Below are positions 46,309 to 56,367 of a stretch of 64,000 nt of DNA, piece after piece; within the stretch, counting starts at the first letter, position 1; each line of letters opens with the position of its first letter. A model generated the notes under the pieces. It saw only the letters and a list, made by a program, of their open reading frames with translations. It was not told the DNA's origin and made no database searches. The position numbers were made by a program, and so were the translations under genes. This stretch comes from Terriglobia bacterium (lineage in GTDB: Bacteria; Acidobacteriota; Terriglobia; Terriglobales; Acidobacteriaceae): assembly GCA_021324365.1 (NCBI GenBank), contig JAJPJE010000030.1, forward strand, positions 12-64,011, given 5' to 3'.

Positions 46309-46746
46309 TTGGCGAGGTGTGCCATGGTCATATTCTTCTGGTTGGTTCTCTTCCTGTTCGGAGCATCCCTATTCATCGGGTCGGCAGTGATCTGGTACTA
46401 CATGGCGGTTTGGGAATACCGGGAACCGGTCAACCTCATCTGTCCGGAAACCCTCCGGCCGGCCGATGTCAAAGTCGACGGCCACCATGCGGCAAAGACT
46501 CGGTTTGCGGGTCACGAAGAATTGCAAGTATCAGCGTGCTCGCGTTGGCCGGAGAAGCGCGAATGTGAACAGTTGTGTACACCACAGGTGGTGATCGCGG
46601 GAGACGATCGCTCCCGCGGACAGTACGCACCGTTCGGATTGCAGCCTCATTCACTGCGAGTCAATAGTCCCGTGCGTATGACCGAGCAGATGTACCTGAA
46701 ACTGGCGCCTCAATTCGCGCACGATGCAGGCGAGAAGAAAGGCTGA
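46309..46746 (+). CDS. small membrane-anchored Cys-containing protein, function unknown
   Basis: 145-aa ORF with an N-terminal TM (VIFFWLVLFLFGASLFIGSAVIWYY) and four Cys in the soluble part (LICPE...SACSRW...RECEQLC). Confidence 0.45.
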   Translation: MARCAMVIFFWLVLFLFGASLFIGSAVIWYYMAVWEYREPVNLICPETLRPADVKVDGHHAAKTRFAGHEELQVSACSRWPEKRECEQLCTPQVVIAGDDRSRGQYAPFGLQPHSLRVNSPVRMTEQMYLKLAPQFAHDAGEKKG

Positions 46747-46758
46747 TCCAGGTATCGC

Positions 46759-47970
46759 TCAGAAGAGCGAAAGCTGCTTCCGCGTCTCGCGTCGCATTAC
46801 CGTCTTGTCGTCCATCACTGTGCGGCCGCCGATTGACTTTGAAATCGCGCGTTCGTGGGCGATGGCTCGGTCGAAATTTGCTTGTGGCAGGAACCGTTGC
46901 TCGATATTCCGGGTGAAGCGGTCGAGTCGCTTGAACCCGTCGATCTTTTCCGTGTTCCCTAGCTTCGCCCGGTCCAACGCGCGCCTGAGGACGGCTAGAG
47001 ACTCGTCGTAGGTCTTCAGCGGCACCGGGAAGGGATGTCCGTCTTTTCCGCCTTGCGCGAATGAAAAGCGAGCAGGATCGGTGAAGCGGCTGGGTGTGCC
47101 GTGAACCACCTCCGCGACAAGGGCGAGGGACTGTAGCGTGCGTGGGCCGAGAGTTTCCAGCAGAAGAAGAGACGCGAAGTCACGAAAATCCTGTTCATGG
47201 GCGAGCGCTAATATGGCACCGAGCCGCTTCAGATCGATGTTTTCGGCGCGAACGTCGTGGTGTGCCGGAAGCGTGAGTTTGCGGGCTTCGGCCAGTGTTT
47301 TGTCGGGATGGTCGTGCGCAATGGAGAGCAGTGCGTCTTGTGCGGGGCGGGCCTGCGCATCCACCAGGTTCATGATTGTGCCCTGGGGTTCGCCAACGAT
47401 GGCAGTGTGCGGTGCGAGAGTGAAATCCCGAACTGAGGCCGAATGCCAGTGATAGCGCCGCGCACGGCCGGTGTTGTCGTTCATGCCTTGTTGGACGACA
47501 GTCCACTCGCCTTCGCGGCTCAGAATGAATCCGTGCAGGTAGAGCTGAAAGCCGTCGGCGATCGCATTGTTGTCGACACGCGCGGTGAGGCGACTGCTAC
47601 GGACGAGGGAATCGCCGTCGAGGCTAAGCTTGTCGGCAAGTGTCCGGAGTTCCTCGGGCGTGCGACGCGAATGACGTCCACGTCCTCCACAAACGTAGAT
47701 TCCGAGTTCCTCCGCACGAGGATTCAAGCCACGCTTCAGGGCACCCAGGACGGAAGTCGTGATTCCCGAAGAGTGCCAGTCCATGCCCATGACGCACCCG
47801 AGCGACTGAAACCAGAAGGGATCACTGAGTCGAGAGAGCAGTTCCGGACGGCCATATTCACGCACCACCATCTCGGAGATTGCTGTGCCCAGCTTGGTCA
47901 TGCGCTCGGCAAGCCAGGCAGGGACGCGCCCTCCATGCAGGGGGAGATCGGCGGTGCCGGAACGACGCAT
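46759..47970 (-). CDS. DUF763-family protein
   Basis: 403 aa: ADLPLHGGRVPAWLAERMTKLG...LSRLSDPFWFQSLGCVMGMDWHSSGITTSVLGALK matches my recollection of the DUF763 N-terminus. Confidence 0.7.
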   Translation of the reverse strand: MRRSGTADLPLHGGRVPAWLAERMTKLGTAISEMVVREYGRPELLSRLSDPFWFQSLGCVMGMDWHSSGITTSVLGALKRGLNPRAEELGIYVCGGRGRHSRRTPEELRTLADKLSLDGDSLVRSSRLTARVDNNAIADGFQLYLHGFILSREGEWTVVQQGMNDNTGRARRYHWHSASVRDFTLAPHTAIVGEPQGTIMNLVDAQARPAQDALLSIAHDHPDKTLAEARKLTLPAHHDVRAENIDLKRLGAILALAHEQDFRDFASLLLLETLGPRTLQSLALVAEVVHGTPSRFTDPARFSFAQGGKDGHPFPVPLKTYDESLAVLRRALDRAKLGNTEKIDGFKRLDRFTRNIEQRFLPQANFDRAIAHERAISKSIGGRTVMDDKTVMRRETRKQLSLF

Positions 47971-48113
47971 GCGCCTATTTTAATGAATCCAGGATCGAGG
48001 GGCCGTGCGGGATGCGGCCTCGCCCAAAGAACAAAGGGCCGCCAAATCACATCTGACATTTGTCATTTCCGCCTGGTGATGATCTGCACTAGTGCCCCAA
48101 AGCGCCCGAAAGC

Positions 48114-49097
48114 ATGATGTTGGCGTTCGCTGGTGGAGGGGCCATGACAGTAACAATACAGCAACCGATTAGAAGGCCGCTTCGGCATTCTGATTCGATT
48201 ATTGCGGAACTGCGCGGCGCAACGAAGCGTTATGGGACCACGTGCGCGCTGAACAAAGTCGATTTTGTCGTAAGGCGAGGAGAAATCGTTTCGCTGCTCG
48301 GACCCAATGGCGCAGGGAAGACAACAGCAGTGCGGCTGCTGCTGGGACTCACGCCTCCGACCGAAGGAATGGTCAACGTGTTCGGGGGAGATCCACGGAA
48401 TCCTGTTAATCGTTTGCAGACCGGAGCGATGTTACAGGTTGGGCGTGTCCCGGAGACGCTTAAAGTGCGCGAACACATCGATCTGTTTTCCAGCTATTAC
48501 GCCAATCCGATGCCGTTGGCGGAAGTCATCGAGGCTGCAGGGCTGAAGGGATTAGAGAACAAACCTTTCGGCGAGTTGTCAGGCGGCCAGCGGCAGCGCG
48601 CCTTATTTGCGCTGGCGATCTGCGGCGATCCGGACTTGCTTTTTCTCGACGAGCCTACGGTTGGATTGGATGTGGAGGCGAGGCGGTTGCTGTGGGATGA
48701 GATTCGCAAACTCGTCGCTCGCGGAAAAACCGTATTGCTGACGACGCATTACCTTCAGGAAGCGGATGCGTTAGCCAATCGCATTGTGGTGATCAATCGG
48801 GGCGAGATCGTTGCACAGGGTTCGCCTGCCGACATCAAGGCGCAGACCGCCGGCCGAAAGATTCGCTGTGTGAGCAGGGTTCCAGTCGAAGAGGTTCGCG
48901 CCCTGGAGGGTGTGATGGAAGTGAAGCAGGATCGCGATGCGCTAGAGATCCACGTGTCGCAAGCCGAGCCAGTCTTGCGGGAGTTGCTGGCGCGAGACAT
49001 GACTGTGCGCGATCTGGAAGTGACGAGCGCAGGTCTGGAAGAGGCATTCCTGGCACTGACACAGAACAACAATGGCAATTCAGTGGAGTCGAGGTGA
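48114..49097 (+). CDS. ABC transporter ATP-binding protein (ABC-2 exporter type)
   Basis: Walker A GPNGAGKTT, signature LSGGQRQR, Walker B LLFLDEPT. The start may be the downstream ATG (MTVTIQQ). Confidence 0.9.
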   Translation: MMLAFAGGGAMTVTIQQPIRRPLRHSDSIIAELRGATKRYGTTCALNKVDFVVRRGEIVSLLGPNGAGKTTAVRLLLGLTPPTEGMVNVFGGDPRNPVNRLQTGAMLQVGRVPETLKVREHIDLFSSYYANPMPLAEVIEAAGLKGLENKPFGELSGGQRQRALFALAICGDPDLLFLDEPTVGLDVEARRLLWDEIRKLVARGKTVLLTTHYLQEADALANRIVVINRGEIVAQGSPADIKAQTAGRKIRCVSRVPVEEVRALEGVMEVKQDRDALEIHVSQAEPVLRELLARDMTVRDLEVTSAGLEEAFLALTQNNNGNSVESR

Positions 49098-49101
49098 GGC
49101 G

Positions 49102-49911
49102 ATGAGTGCAACTGCTCCCGTACTGACGAATTTAGTAAGCCGTGGCGGTCAACCCAACCTAGTCAGGATCTTCGCGAAGGAGGCGAAGTACGAGTTTCTG
49201 AAATCGATTCGCCTGCCAGTGTTTGCCGTCTCCACCATCTTGCTGCCCATAATGTTCTATGTGTTGTTTGGACTGCTACTGAATAACAAGTCGGGCGATT
49301 TTCCAATCACAACATTTCTGATTGCTACTTACGGCACTTTCGGGGTGATGGGCGCGGCCTTGTTCGGCTTCGGCGTGGGCATGACGGTTGAGCGTGGACA
49401 GGGATGGCTCGAACTGAAGCGCGCAAGTCCCATGCCACCGTACGCGTATTTCGCCGCGAAGGTCAGTACGAGCATGATCTTTGGCGCGATCATCTCCCTG
49501 TCATTGCTGCTGATTGGCATTGTCTTCGGCGGGGTTCACCTTGCGGCGTGGCAGATGGTGAAGATGGTGTCGGTGCTGGTATTTGGCTGCGTTCCATTCT
49601 GCGCCCTGGGACTGGCGATCGGGTATTTTGCAAAACCGAACTCGGCGCCGGCCATGGTGAACCTGATCTACCTGCCCTTGTCGTTCTGTTCGGGCTTGTG
49701 GGTTCCTGTGCAGTTTCTGCCAAAGACGTTACAGCACTTCGCGACGTACTTACCGCCGTATCACCTGAGCCAGTTAGCGCTGAACGTGGTCGGCATCGGG
49801 CAAGGTGGGTCGCAATGGTGGCATGTACGGGCGCTGATCGGAGCGACTCTGCTGTTCCTGGGAATTGCGCGGATCGGGTATTCACGCGATCAGGGAAAGC
49901 TTTACGGATGA
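49102..49911 (+). CDS. ABC-2-type transporter permease
   Basis: Track ORF is 49072..49911. ATG at 49102 follows GAGGTGAGG. 6 TM. Confidence 0.8.
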   Translation: MSATAPVLTNLVSRGGQPNLVRIFAKEAKYEFLKSIRLPVFAVSTILLPIMFYVLFGLLLNNKSGDFPITTFLIATYGTFGVMGAALFGFGVGMTVERGQGWLELKRASPMPPYAYFAAKVSTSMIFGAIISLSLLLIGIVFGGVHLAAWQMVKMVSVLVFGCVPFCALGLAIGYFAKPNSAPAMVNLIYLPLSFCSGLWVPVQFLPKTLQHFATYLPPYHLSQLALNVVGIGQGGSQWWHVRALIGATLLFLGIARIGYSRDQGKLYG

Positions 49912-49926
49912 GCCTGGAGGGCTAAG

Positions 49927-50115
49927 ATGACCTGTACAGAGAAGCTGTTCTGGACATTCGCGCTGATCGTGTTGCTTCTTGCCGCTTTCTTCGGAAACTT
50001 GCGCACGGCGGGCATGCTGATCGCACTGGGGGCGGTGGCCTGGTACGGCGTGATCACGCCATTTCTGGAAGAGGCACACGGCTTGAATCTGAAGAGCAAA
50101 GGCAGGGTAAACTGA
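49927..50115 (+). CDS. 62-aa two-TM mini-protein between the ABC permease and the histidine kinase
   Basis: ATG is preceded by GGAGGG at 6-nt spacing. Two hydrophobic helices (FWTFALIVLLLAAFFG, MLIALGAVAWYGVITPF). Tightly packed, 15 nt and 4 nt from its neighbours. Confidence 0.55.
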   Translation: MTCTEKLFWTFALIVLLLAAFFGNLRTAGMLIALGAVAWYGVITPFLEEAHGLNLKSKGRVN

Positions 50116-50119
50116 GGCC

Positions 50120-51199
50120 ATGCGGCTGCTGCCCAAAGATCATTATTTGGGATGGACTCCTTACGCCTGGTTGGTGTACCTGTGCTTCTTCTACATGCAG
50201 CCCATCTTGGCGCATGCAGGGGTAAAAGAGTGGGCGCTGACCATAGGCGCCACCATCATTTTTGTCGCACTTTATCTCAGAGGCTACTGGCTCTGCGGTT
50301 GGCAATTGATTCTCAACACATCCGGCATCGTGCTGCTCGGAGTCGTGCTAAGTCCTCACAACCCGGGGGCAGTTGCGTTCTTTATCTATGCCTCAGCATT
50401 CCTTGCGTTCGTCGGGGAGACCCAAACCGGACTTAAGCTGCTATGCGCGTTGCTGGCGATCATTTGCTTTGAATCATATTTCGCCCATCTGTCACTCGGT
50501 ACCTGGCTCACCGCGCTGGTTTTCTCGGCCCTAGTTGGTGGAGTGAATCTGCATTTCGCCCAGGCGAAGCGCCAGGCGGAGCGGTTGAAGGTCGCTCACG
50601 AGGAGATCGAGCACCTGGCCAAGGTCGCGGAGCGGGAACGCATCGCGCGTGACCTGCACGACGTGCTCGGTCACACGCTCTCGGTAATCGTGCTGAAGTC
50701 AGAGCTGGCATCGAAGCTGATCGAGCGGGATTCTGAGAGGGCGAAGAATGAGATTCGCGATGTAGAAAAGATTTCGCGGGATGCACTGAGTGAAGTACGA
50801 CAGGCAATTCGCGGGTATCGCTCGCAGGGCTTGTCGGAGGAGATGGCGCGTGCGCGCGCGACTCTCGAAACCGCCGGTGTAAGGTTCGATTGCGACACGT
50901 CGACCGTGGGACTGAGTCCTGCGCAGGAGAGTGTTCTGGCCCTGGTGGTGCGCGAAGCTGTGACCAACGTGGTGCGACACGCAGAGGCCAAGAACTGCAA
51001 ACTCCAACTGGACCGCGTTAACGGCGATTGCTTGCTGCAGATTGAAGATGATGGCCGTGGCGGTTCGCAAATCGAAGGTAGCGGCATTCTGGGAATGCGC
51101 GAGCGTATCGAAGCACTCGGCGGCCGCATCGAGCGCTGGACCGAGAAGGGAACACGTATCAAGATCACCTTGCCCCTGAAAACGGAGAGTCACGCCTGA
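50120..51199 (+). CDS. sensor histidine kinase, HisKA_3 (DesK/NarX-like) with an intramembrane sensing region
   Basis: 5 N-terminal TM helices, H-box RIARDLHDVLGHTLS, and an HATPase_c domain (VVRHAEA...DDGRGG...GILGMRER). Confidence 0.85.
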   Translation: MRLLPKDHYLGWTPYAWLVYLCFFYMQPILAHAGVKEWALTIGATIIFVALYLRGYWLCGWQLILNTSGIVLLGVVLSPHNPGAVAFFIYASAFLAFVGETQTGLKLLCALLAIICFESYFAHLSLGTWLTALVFSALVGGVNLHFAQAKRQAERLKVAHEEIEHLAKVAERERIARDLHDVLGHTLSVIVLKSELASKLIERDSERAKNEIRDVEKISRDALSEVRQAIRGYRSQGLSEEMARARATLETAGVRFDCDTSTVGLSPAQESVLALVVREAVTNVVRHAEAKNCKLQLDRVNGDCLLQIEDDGRGGSQIEGSGILGMRERIEALGGRIERWTEKGTRIKITLPLKTESHA

Positions 51200-51831
51200 T
51201 GAATGCAGCAGTAAAAGACGCGCGCAAGACAATTCGAGTGCTGATCGCAGAAGACCAGGGCATGGTACTGGGAGCGCTGGCCGCGCTGTTGGAAATTGAA
51301 GGCGACATGGCCGTAGTGGCACGCGCGAAGAATGGACGCGAAGCACTGGATTGCGTGATCGCCAATCGTCCCGATGTGTTGATCACCGACATCGAGATGC
51401 CGGAAATGACCGGCTTGGAAGTGGCGGGGGAACTGAAACGGCGGCATCTTCCCACACGCGTGATTATTCTGACCACGTTCGCACGGTCCGGATACTTACG
51501 CCGCGCGCTGGATGCGGGTGCGTCCGGATATCTCCTCAAGGACATGCCCGCGGAAGAGTTGGCGGAAGCCGTGCGCCGTGTACATAGAGGGCTGCGGGTT
51601 ATCGATCCGGAACTCGCGGCGGAGGCGTGGGGAGAGATGGATCCGCTGACCGATCGCGAGCGGCAGGTGCTGCGCATGGCGGGAGATGGATTGGCAAGCA
51701 ACGACATCGCATCGCATTTGAACCTGTCCGAAGGCACGGTTCGCAATTACCTTTCGGAAGCGATCAGCAAATTGGGTGCATCGAATCGCGTAGAGGCGGC
51801 GCGTATTGCTCGGGCGAAGGGATGGTTGTAG
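51199..51831 (+). CDS. NarL/LuxR-family response regulator
   Basis: REC: RVLIAEDQ...DVLITDIEMPEMTG. LuxR HTH: LTDRERQVLRMAGDGLASNDIASHLNLSEGTVRNYLSEAISKLG. Start overlaps the kinase stop. Confidence 0.9.
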   Translation: MNAAVKDARKTIRVLIAEDQGMVLGALAALLEIEGDMAVVARAKNGREALDCVIANRPDVLITDIEMPEMTGLEVAGELKRRHLPTRVIILTTFARSGYLRRALDAGASGYLLKDMPAEELAEAVRRVHRGLRVIDPELAAEAWGEMDPLTDRERQVLRMAGDGLASNDIASHLNLSEGTVRNYLSEAISKLGASNRVEAARIARAKGWL

Positions 51832-52024
51832 CCCGTGCGCGATCTGTCTGCTCTATCGTGCAGGCAGAGTAGGTCTCGCTCGCTGCGCTTGGGAACACAA
51901 CTATAAAGTTTCGATCGTAGAAGCTTCTTTTTAGCGCTCTAACAGTTGGCTATGAGCGGGCGTCCCACGATCGCCCGTGGACTGTGCTTCCAATCCATGA
52001 TGAAATGCAAGTCAGGACAGGATC

Positions 52025-52957
52025 ATGAGCGTCGCCGTACGTTGTCGTAACCTCAAGAAAACTTACGACGGGAAAGTGGAAGCAGTTGCCGGGCTGGATC
52101 TGGAAATCCAGGTGGGCGAGTGCTTTGGTCTGCTCGGGCCGAATGGCGCCGGTAAGACCACGACCATTGAGATCCTAGAGGGATTGTTACTACCGACTTC
52201 AGGGGAAGTCGAGATTTTTGAAAAGAAATGGAGTACACATGCGCAAGAGTTGCGGGAATTGATCGGCATCTCGCTGCAGGAAACGCGCCTGGGCGAAAAA
52301 CTCAGCGTGCGGGAAACGATCAACCTCTTCGCCAGCTTCTACCAGAATCCGCGGCAGCCACAAGAAGTGATGGAAGACATGGCACTGACGGAGAAGGCTG
52401 ATGCCTGGGTCGGCAAACTTTCTGGCGGTCAGAAGCAACGATTAGCGGTAGCCACGGCGCTGGTTGGAAATCCGAAGCTGCTGTTCCTAGACGAGCCAAC
52501 CACCGGCCTCGATCCGCAGAGCCGGCGCCAGTTGTGGGACATCATCCGTACCTTCCAGCAGCGTGGCGGCACGGTCCTTTTGACTACGCATTACATGGAC
52601 GAAGCTGAGAAACTTTGTGACCGCCTTTCCATCGTGGATCATGGCAAGATCATCGCTTCCGGCACTCCGGGCGAATTGATTGAACGCACTTGCGGGGCGC
52701 AGATGATCGAATTTGCAACAAGCAATGGCGACGCGACAATCAGCAGGGAAGAGTGGCGAAAACTGCCGGGAGTAGAAGCCGTCCATCAGGATGATGGACT
52801 CACCGTGCTGAATGCCCGCGAGCCTCATGCCACGATTCCCGCACTGCTGGCGGCCGTGGAAGAGCGCGGCCTGAGACTCGATCATCTAACCACTCGGCAA
52901 GCAAGCCTGGAAGATGTGTTTGTGCAGTTGACCGGGCGCCATCTTCGCGAGGAGTAA
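52025..52957 (+). CDS. ABC transporter ATP-binding protein (DrrA-like)
   Basis: GPNGAGKTT, LSGGQKQR, LLFLDEPTTGLD. Confidence 0.9.
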   Translation: MSVAVRCRNLKKTYDGKVEAVAGLDLEIQVGECFGLLGPNGAGKTTTIEILEGLLLPTSGEVEIFEKKWSTHAQELRELIGISLQETRLGEKLSVRETINLFASFYQNPRQPQEVMEDMALTEKADAWVGKLSGGQKQRLAVATALVGNPKLLFLDEPTTGLDPQSRRQLWDIIRTFQQRGGTVLLTTHYMDEAEKLCDRLSIVDHGKIIASGTPGELIERTCGAQMIEFATSNGDATISREEWRKLPGVEAVHQDDGLTVLNAREPHATIPALLAAVEERGLRLDHLTTRQASLEDVFVQLTGRHLREE

Positions 52958-52959
52958 TC

Positions 52960-54072
52960 ATGACCGCCCATAGCACCGCCCAACTGGAATCGAAGCCTGC
53001 TGACAAGAAACCGGGAATTCCGGCGAAGGGGCGTCGCAATAGCCATTGGGCTGGATACTGGCATCTGCTGGGCGCGCGCTTAAAGGAACTGCGGCGAGAA
53101 CCGGAGGTCGTTTTCTGGATCTTTGCATTTCCTATCCTGTTGGCGCTTGGCTTAGGGATTGCATTCCGCAACAAGCCCGCCGACGTGAGCCGCGTGGCTG
53201 TTGTCGCCGGGACGGACGCGGAAAACACTGCCGGGTTGCTGACAAACGGTTTCCATGCTGAAGTTCTGCCACGCGCGGCGGCGCTACAGGCGTTCCGGTT
53301 GGGAAAGGTAGACTTGGTTGTAATCCCGCGAAGCGACGGTTCTTTGGAATATGAATACGATCCGTCGCGCCCGGAAAGTGTATTGGCGAAAGCGTCTGTC
53401 AATGATGCAATCCAGGCGGGCAGTGGGCGTAAAGATGTCGTACCCACGTCGGCGCATATTTCGAGCGAACCTGGTGCACGCTATATCGATTTCCTGATTC
53501 CGGGACTGCTTGGTATGAACCTGATGGGCTCGGGAATGTGGGGCATCGGATTTGCGCTGGTCGAGATGCGCCAGCGCAAACTGTTGAAGCGCTTTCTCGC
53601 AACACCGATGCGGCGATCAGATTTCCTGATGGCCATCGGCAGCAGCCGCCTGGTGCTGATGATCGTCGAGTTGGTACTGTTGCTGGGGTTCGGTGCGCTG
53701 GTATTCAAACTTCCGGTAAGGGGGGCCTTGCTGACGATTCTGCTGGTCAGCACGGTTGGCGCGCTCACCTTTGCCGGTTTAGGTCTACTCTCCGCCTCCC
53801 GTGCGTCCAAAATCGAAACCGCAAACGGCATCATCAATGTCGTGATGTTGCCAATGTGGGTCTTCTCGGGATGCTTCTTCTCTTACGAGCGGTTTCCGGC
53901 GATCATGCAGCCTTTCATAAAAGCGCTTCCGCTGACCGCGCTCAACGACGCATTGCGGTCGACGATTCTCGAAGGCGGCTCACTGCGCGCGCAAGGAAGC
54001 CGATTGCTGATCATGTGTCTTTGGGGCGGAGTCTCTTTCATCCTTGCGTTGAAGTGGTTCCGGTGGGCCTAG
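52960..54072 (+). CDS. ABC-2-type transporter permease
   Basis: 370 aa with 6 TM and a large first extracytoplasmic loop. Starts 2 nt after the ATPase stop. Confidence 0.85.
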   Translation: MTAHSTAQLESKPADKKPGIPAKGRRNSHWAGYWHLLGARLKELRREPEVVFWIFAFPILLALGLGIAFRNKPADVSRVAVVAGTDAENTAGLLTNGFHAEVLPRAAALQAFRLGKVDLVVIPRSDGSLEYEYDPSRPESVLAKASVNDAIQAGSGRKDVVPTSAHISSEPGARYIDFLIPGLLGMNLMGSGMWGIGFALVEMRQRKLLKRFLATPMRRSDFLMAIGSSRLVLMIVELVLLLGFGALVFKLPVRGALLTILLVSTVGALTFAGLGLLSASRASKIETANGIINVVMLPMWVFSGCFFSYERFPAIMQPFIKALPLTALNDALRSTILEGGSLRAQGSRLLIMCLWGGVSFILALKWFRWA

Positions 54073-54328
54073 CCATTGTGTGATGGAGTCGTCGGGTGAT
54101 TTGGTTATTGAGCAATCCGGCAATTTCGTAATTTGTAAATTGAGCGCCTCAACGGCTACGACTCAATGATTCAATTTCCCAATCAACAAGTGCTGCCTCA
54201 CCGTCGCCACCAGTAAGTCATTGACATTGCAGCTCTGGCTCCGTTAACGTTCACGATCAGCAAAAGCAAACGTTTTCTTATTGCCGAGGAGCGAACTGGA
54301 TGCTGGTATCAGATCTCGCTGATAGCCG

Positions 54329-56068
54329 ATGAACCTTGCCCTTCTGCTGCTTGCGCCGTCTCGCATGGTCCGCTTGGGCACGGTGGACGTCATCATAATT
54401 GCTTTTTATTTCGCGCTGGTGCTCGGCATCGGCTTCTATTTGAAACGCCAGGCCAACACCGGCGAAGATTTCTTCATGGCAGGCCGGGAAATGACGGCCT
54501 GGATCGCCGGGTTGGCATTCCTTTCCGCGAATCTTGGCGCGCTTGAGCTGATGGGTTGGGCCGGTTCGGCCTATCAGTATGGAATTCTCGCAACACACTG
54601 GTACTGGATCGGGGCCATTCCCGCGATGCTGTTCCTCGCGCTGGTAATGATGCCGTTCTACTACATCAGCAAGACACATTCGGTGCCGGGATATCTGAAG
54701 CTGCGTTTCGGAGAGCCGAGCCGTGCCCTGTCGGCGATTTCGTTTGCGTTCATGACGGTGCTGATGAGCGGCGTCAACATGTACGCGATGGCCAAGGTGT
54801 TGCAGATCGTGCTCGGGTGGAACATTCACTTCAGCATCTGGATCGCATCGATCACCGTCGCCATCTATGTTGCTCTCGGCGGATTACGCTCGGCCATATT
54901 CAACGAGGTGCTGCAGTTCATTCTGATCTGGGCTGGCGCGTTGCTTGTGCCTATCCTGGGACTGGTGGAAGCCGGCGGTTTTTCCGGGCTGAAGGCTCGC
55001 ATCGTTACCAACTTCGGTGCGGAGTACACACACCTCTGGAGCACACTGGGCAATTTTAACGACAACCCGATGGGCATCAATTGGGTAGGGATCGTGTTCG
55101 GTCTCTGCTGCGTGATTTCGGCCGGCTATTGGACCACCGACTTTCTGGTCGTTCAACGCGTGCTCTCAGCCAAAGACCTGCGCTCAGCGAAGATGGCACC
55201 CATCATCGGATCTTTTTTCAAGATGGCGGTACCCTTCATCGTGATCCTGCCCGGCTTACTTGGCCTTGCAGTATTGAAGGATCCGAATACCGGCGCCCTG
55301 ATCAAACTGGTACCGGAGAGCGTTGCTACTACTCCGTCCGGCATTGCGCAAGGTTTGCACAGCTACAACGACGTGCTTCCGCTCATGCTCGCGCGCTATT
55401 GCGGTCCCGGTCTGCTGGGATTGGGAATGACGGCGCTGATTGCCGGTTTCATGTCGGGTATGGCAGGCAATGTCACCGCGTTCTCCACCGTGTGGACCTA
55501 CGACATTTACCGAGCGCTGATCAAGAAAGAAGCTGACGACCGGCATTATCTGAACATGGGACGCTGGAGCACCATTGTCGGCGTGATCGTGAGTATCGGC
55601 ACCGCTTACCTGGTGATGCGCTCAGCCAGCATTATGGATTATGTTCAGGCACTGTTCAGCTTCTTCATAGCGCCGCTGTTTGGCACGGTGCTTCTGGGCA
55701 TGCTGTGGCAGCGAGCGACCAATGCCGCAGGCTTCTGGGGGCTGTTCGCGGGGACTGCTTCGTCTTTGGGTATGTGGGCCTGGGTATATAGAGATCCGAG
55801 CGCGCTGCGCTACATCGCTATGTCACCCGCAGCGAAACCCATGGCCGAGGACATGTATCGTGCGCTCTGGTCGTGCCTGATCTGCGTCGTCGTAACCGTG
55901 GTTGTAAGTTTGCTTACAAAGCCGCGACCCGAAGCGGAGTTGAAGGGTCTGGTCTACGGCGCGACGGAAATTCCGTCTGAAGGGCATCTGCCTCTGCTAC
56001 AGCGGCCTGCTTTCTGGGCCGGTCTCGCCGCAGTGATTTTTGTGATTTTGAACCTGATCTTCTGGTAG
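54329..56068 (+). CDS. sodium:solute symporter (SSS) family transporter
   Basis: 579 aa with about 13-14 TM. Typical N-terminus DVIIIAFYFALVLGIGFYLKRQANTGEDFFMAGREM. Confidence 0.9.
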   Translation: MNLALLLLAPSRMVRLGTVDVIIIAFYFALVLGIGFYLKRQANTGEDFFMAGREMTAWIAGLAFLSANLGALELMGWAGSAYQYGILATHWYWIGAIPAMLFLALVMMPFYYISKTHSVPGYLKLRFGEPSRALSAISFAFMTVLMSGVNMYAMAKVLQIVLGWNIHFSIWIASITVAIYVALGGLRSAIFNEVLQFILIWAGALLVPILGLVEAGGFSGLKARIVTNFGAEYTHLWSTLGNFNDNPMGINWVGIVFGLCCVISAGYWTTDFLVVQRVLSAKDLRSAKMAPIIGSFFKMAVPFIVILPGLLGLAVLKDPNTGALIKLVPESVATTPSGIAQGLHSYNDVLPLMLARYCGPGLLGLGMTALIAGFMSGMAGNVTAFSTVWTYDIYRALIKKEADDRHYLNMGRWSTIVGVIVSIGTAYLVMRSASIMDYVQALFSFFIAPLFGTVLLGMLWQRATNAAGFWGLFAGTASSLGMWAWVYRDPSALRYIAMSPAAKPMAEDMYRALWSCLICVVVTVVVSLLTKPRPEAELKGLVYGATEIPSEGHLPLLQRPAFWAGLAAVIFVILNLIFW

Positions 56069-56075
56069 GTGGAGA

Positions 56076-56297
56076 ATGCACGGCGGTCATATTTCAATCT
56101 GGTTCTTTATCGGCATTTCGCTGCTCGTGAATGGAGTGTTGATCCTCGGTGCGGGCATCTACCAGTTTGTGGTGCCTCCGGTACACCCAACCGTACTGTT
56201 TCAACTGCATTCCGGAATTTGGTGGGGGGCGGTGCTCACCATCTTTGGATTGTTGTACTGCATCAAGTTTGCACCCTCGAAGACGCAGCACCAGTAA
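56076..56297 (+). CDS. 73-aa two-TM mini-protein downstream of the SSS transporter
   Basis: ATG follows GGTGGAG, 7 nt after the SSS stop. Two hydrophobic helices. Confidence 0.55.
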   Translation: MHGGHISIWFFIGISLLVNGVLILGAGIYQFVVPPVHPTVLFQLHSGIWWGAVLTIFGLLYCIKFAPSKTQHQ

Positions 56298-56367
56298 GTG
56301 GTCGGCTGTCAGTTTGGTGTCCCACATTCGCCGCCAGGTGTTGGGGCTAAGGTGGGTTCATGACAGA

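Noticed and set aside
50699-51746. Minus-strand ORFs of 215 and 193 aa.
   Set aside because: They are antisense to the histidine kinase and response regulator genes.
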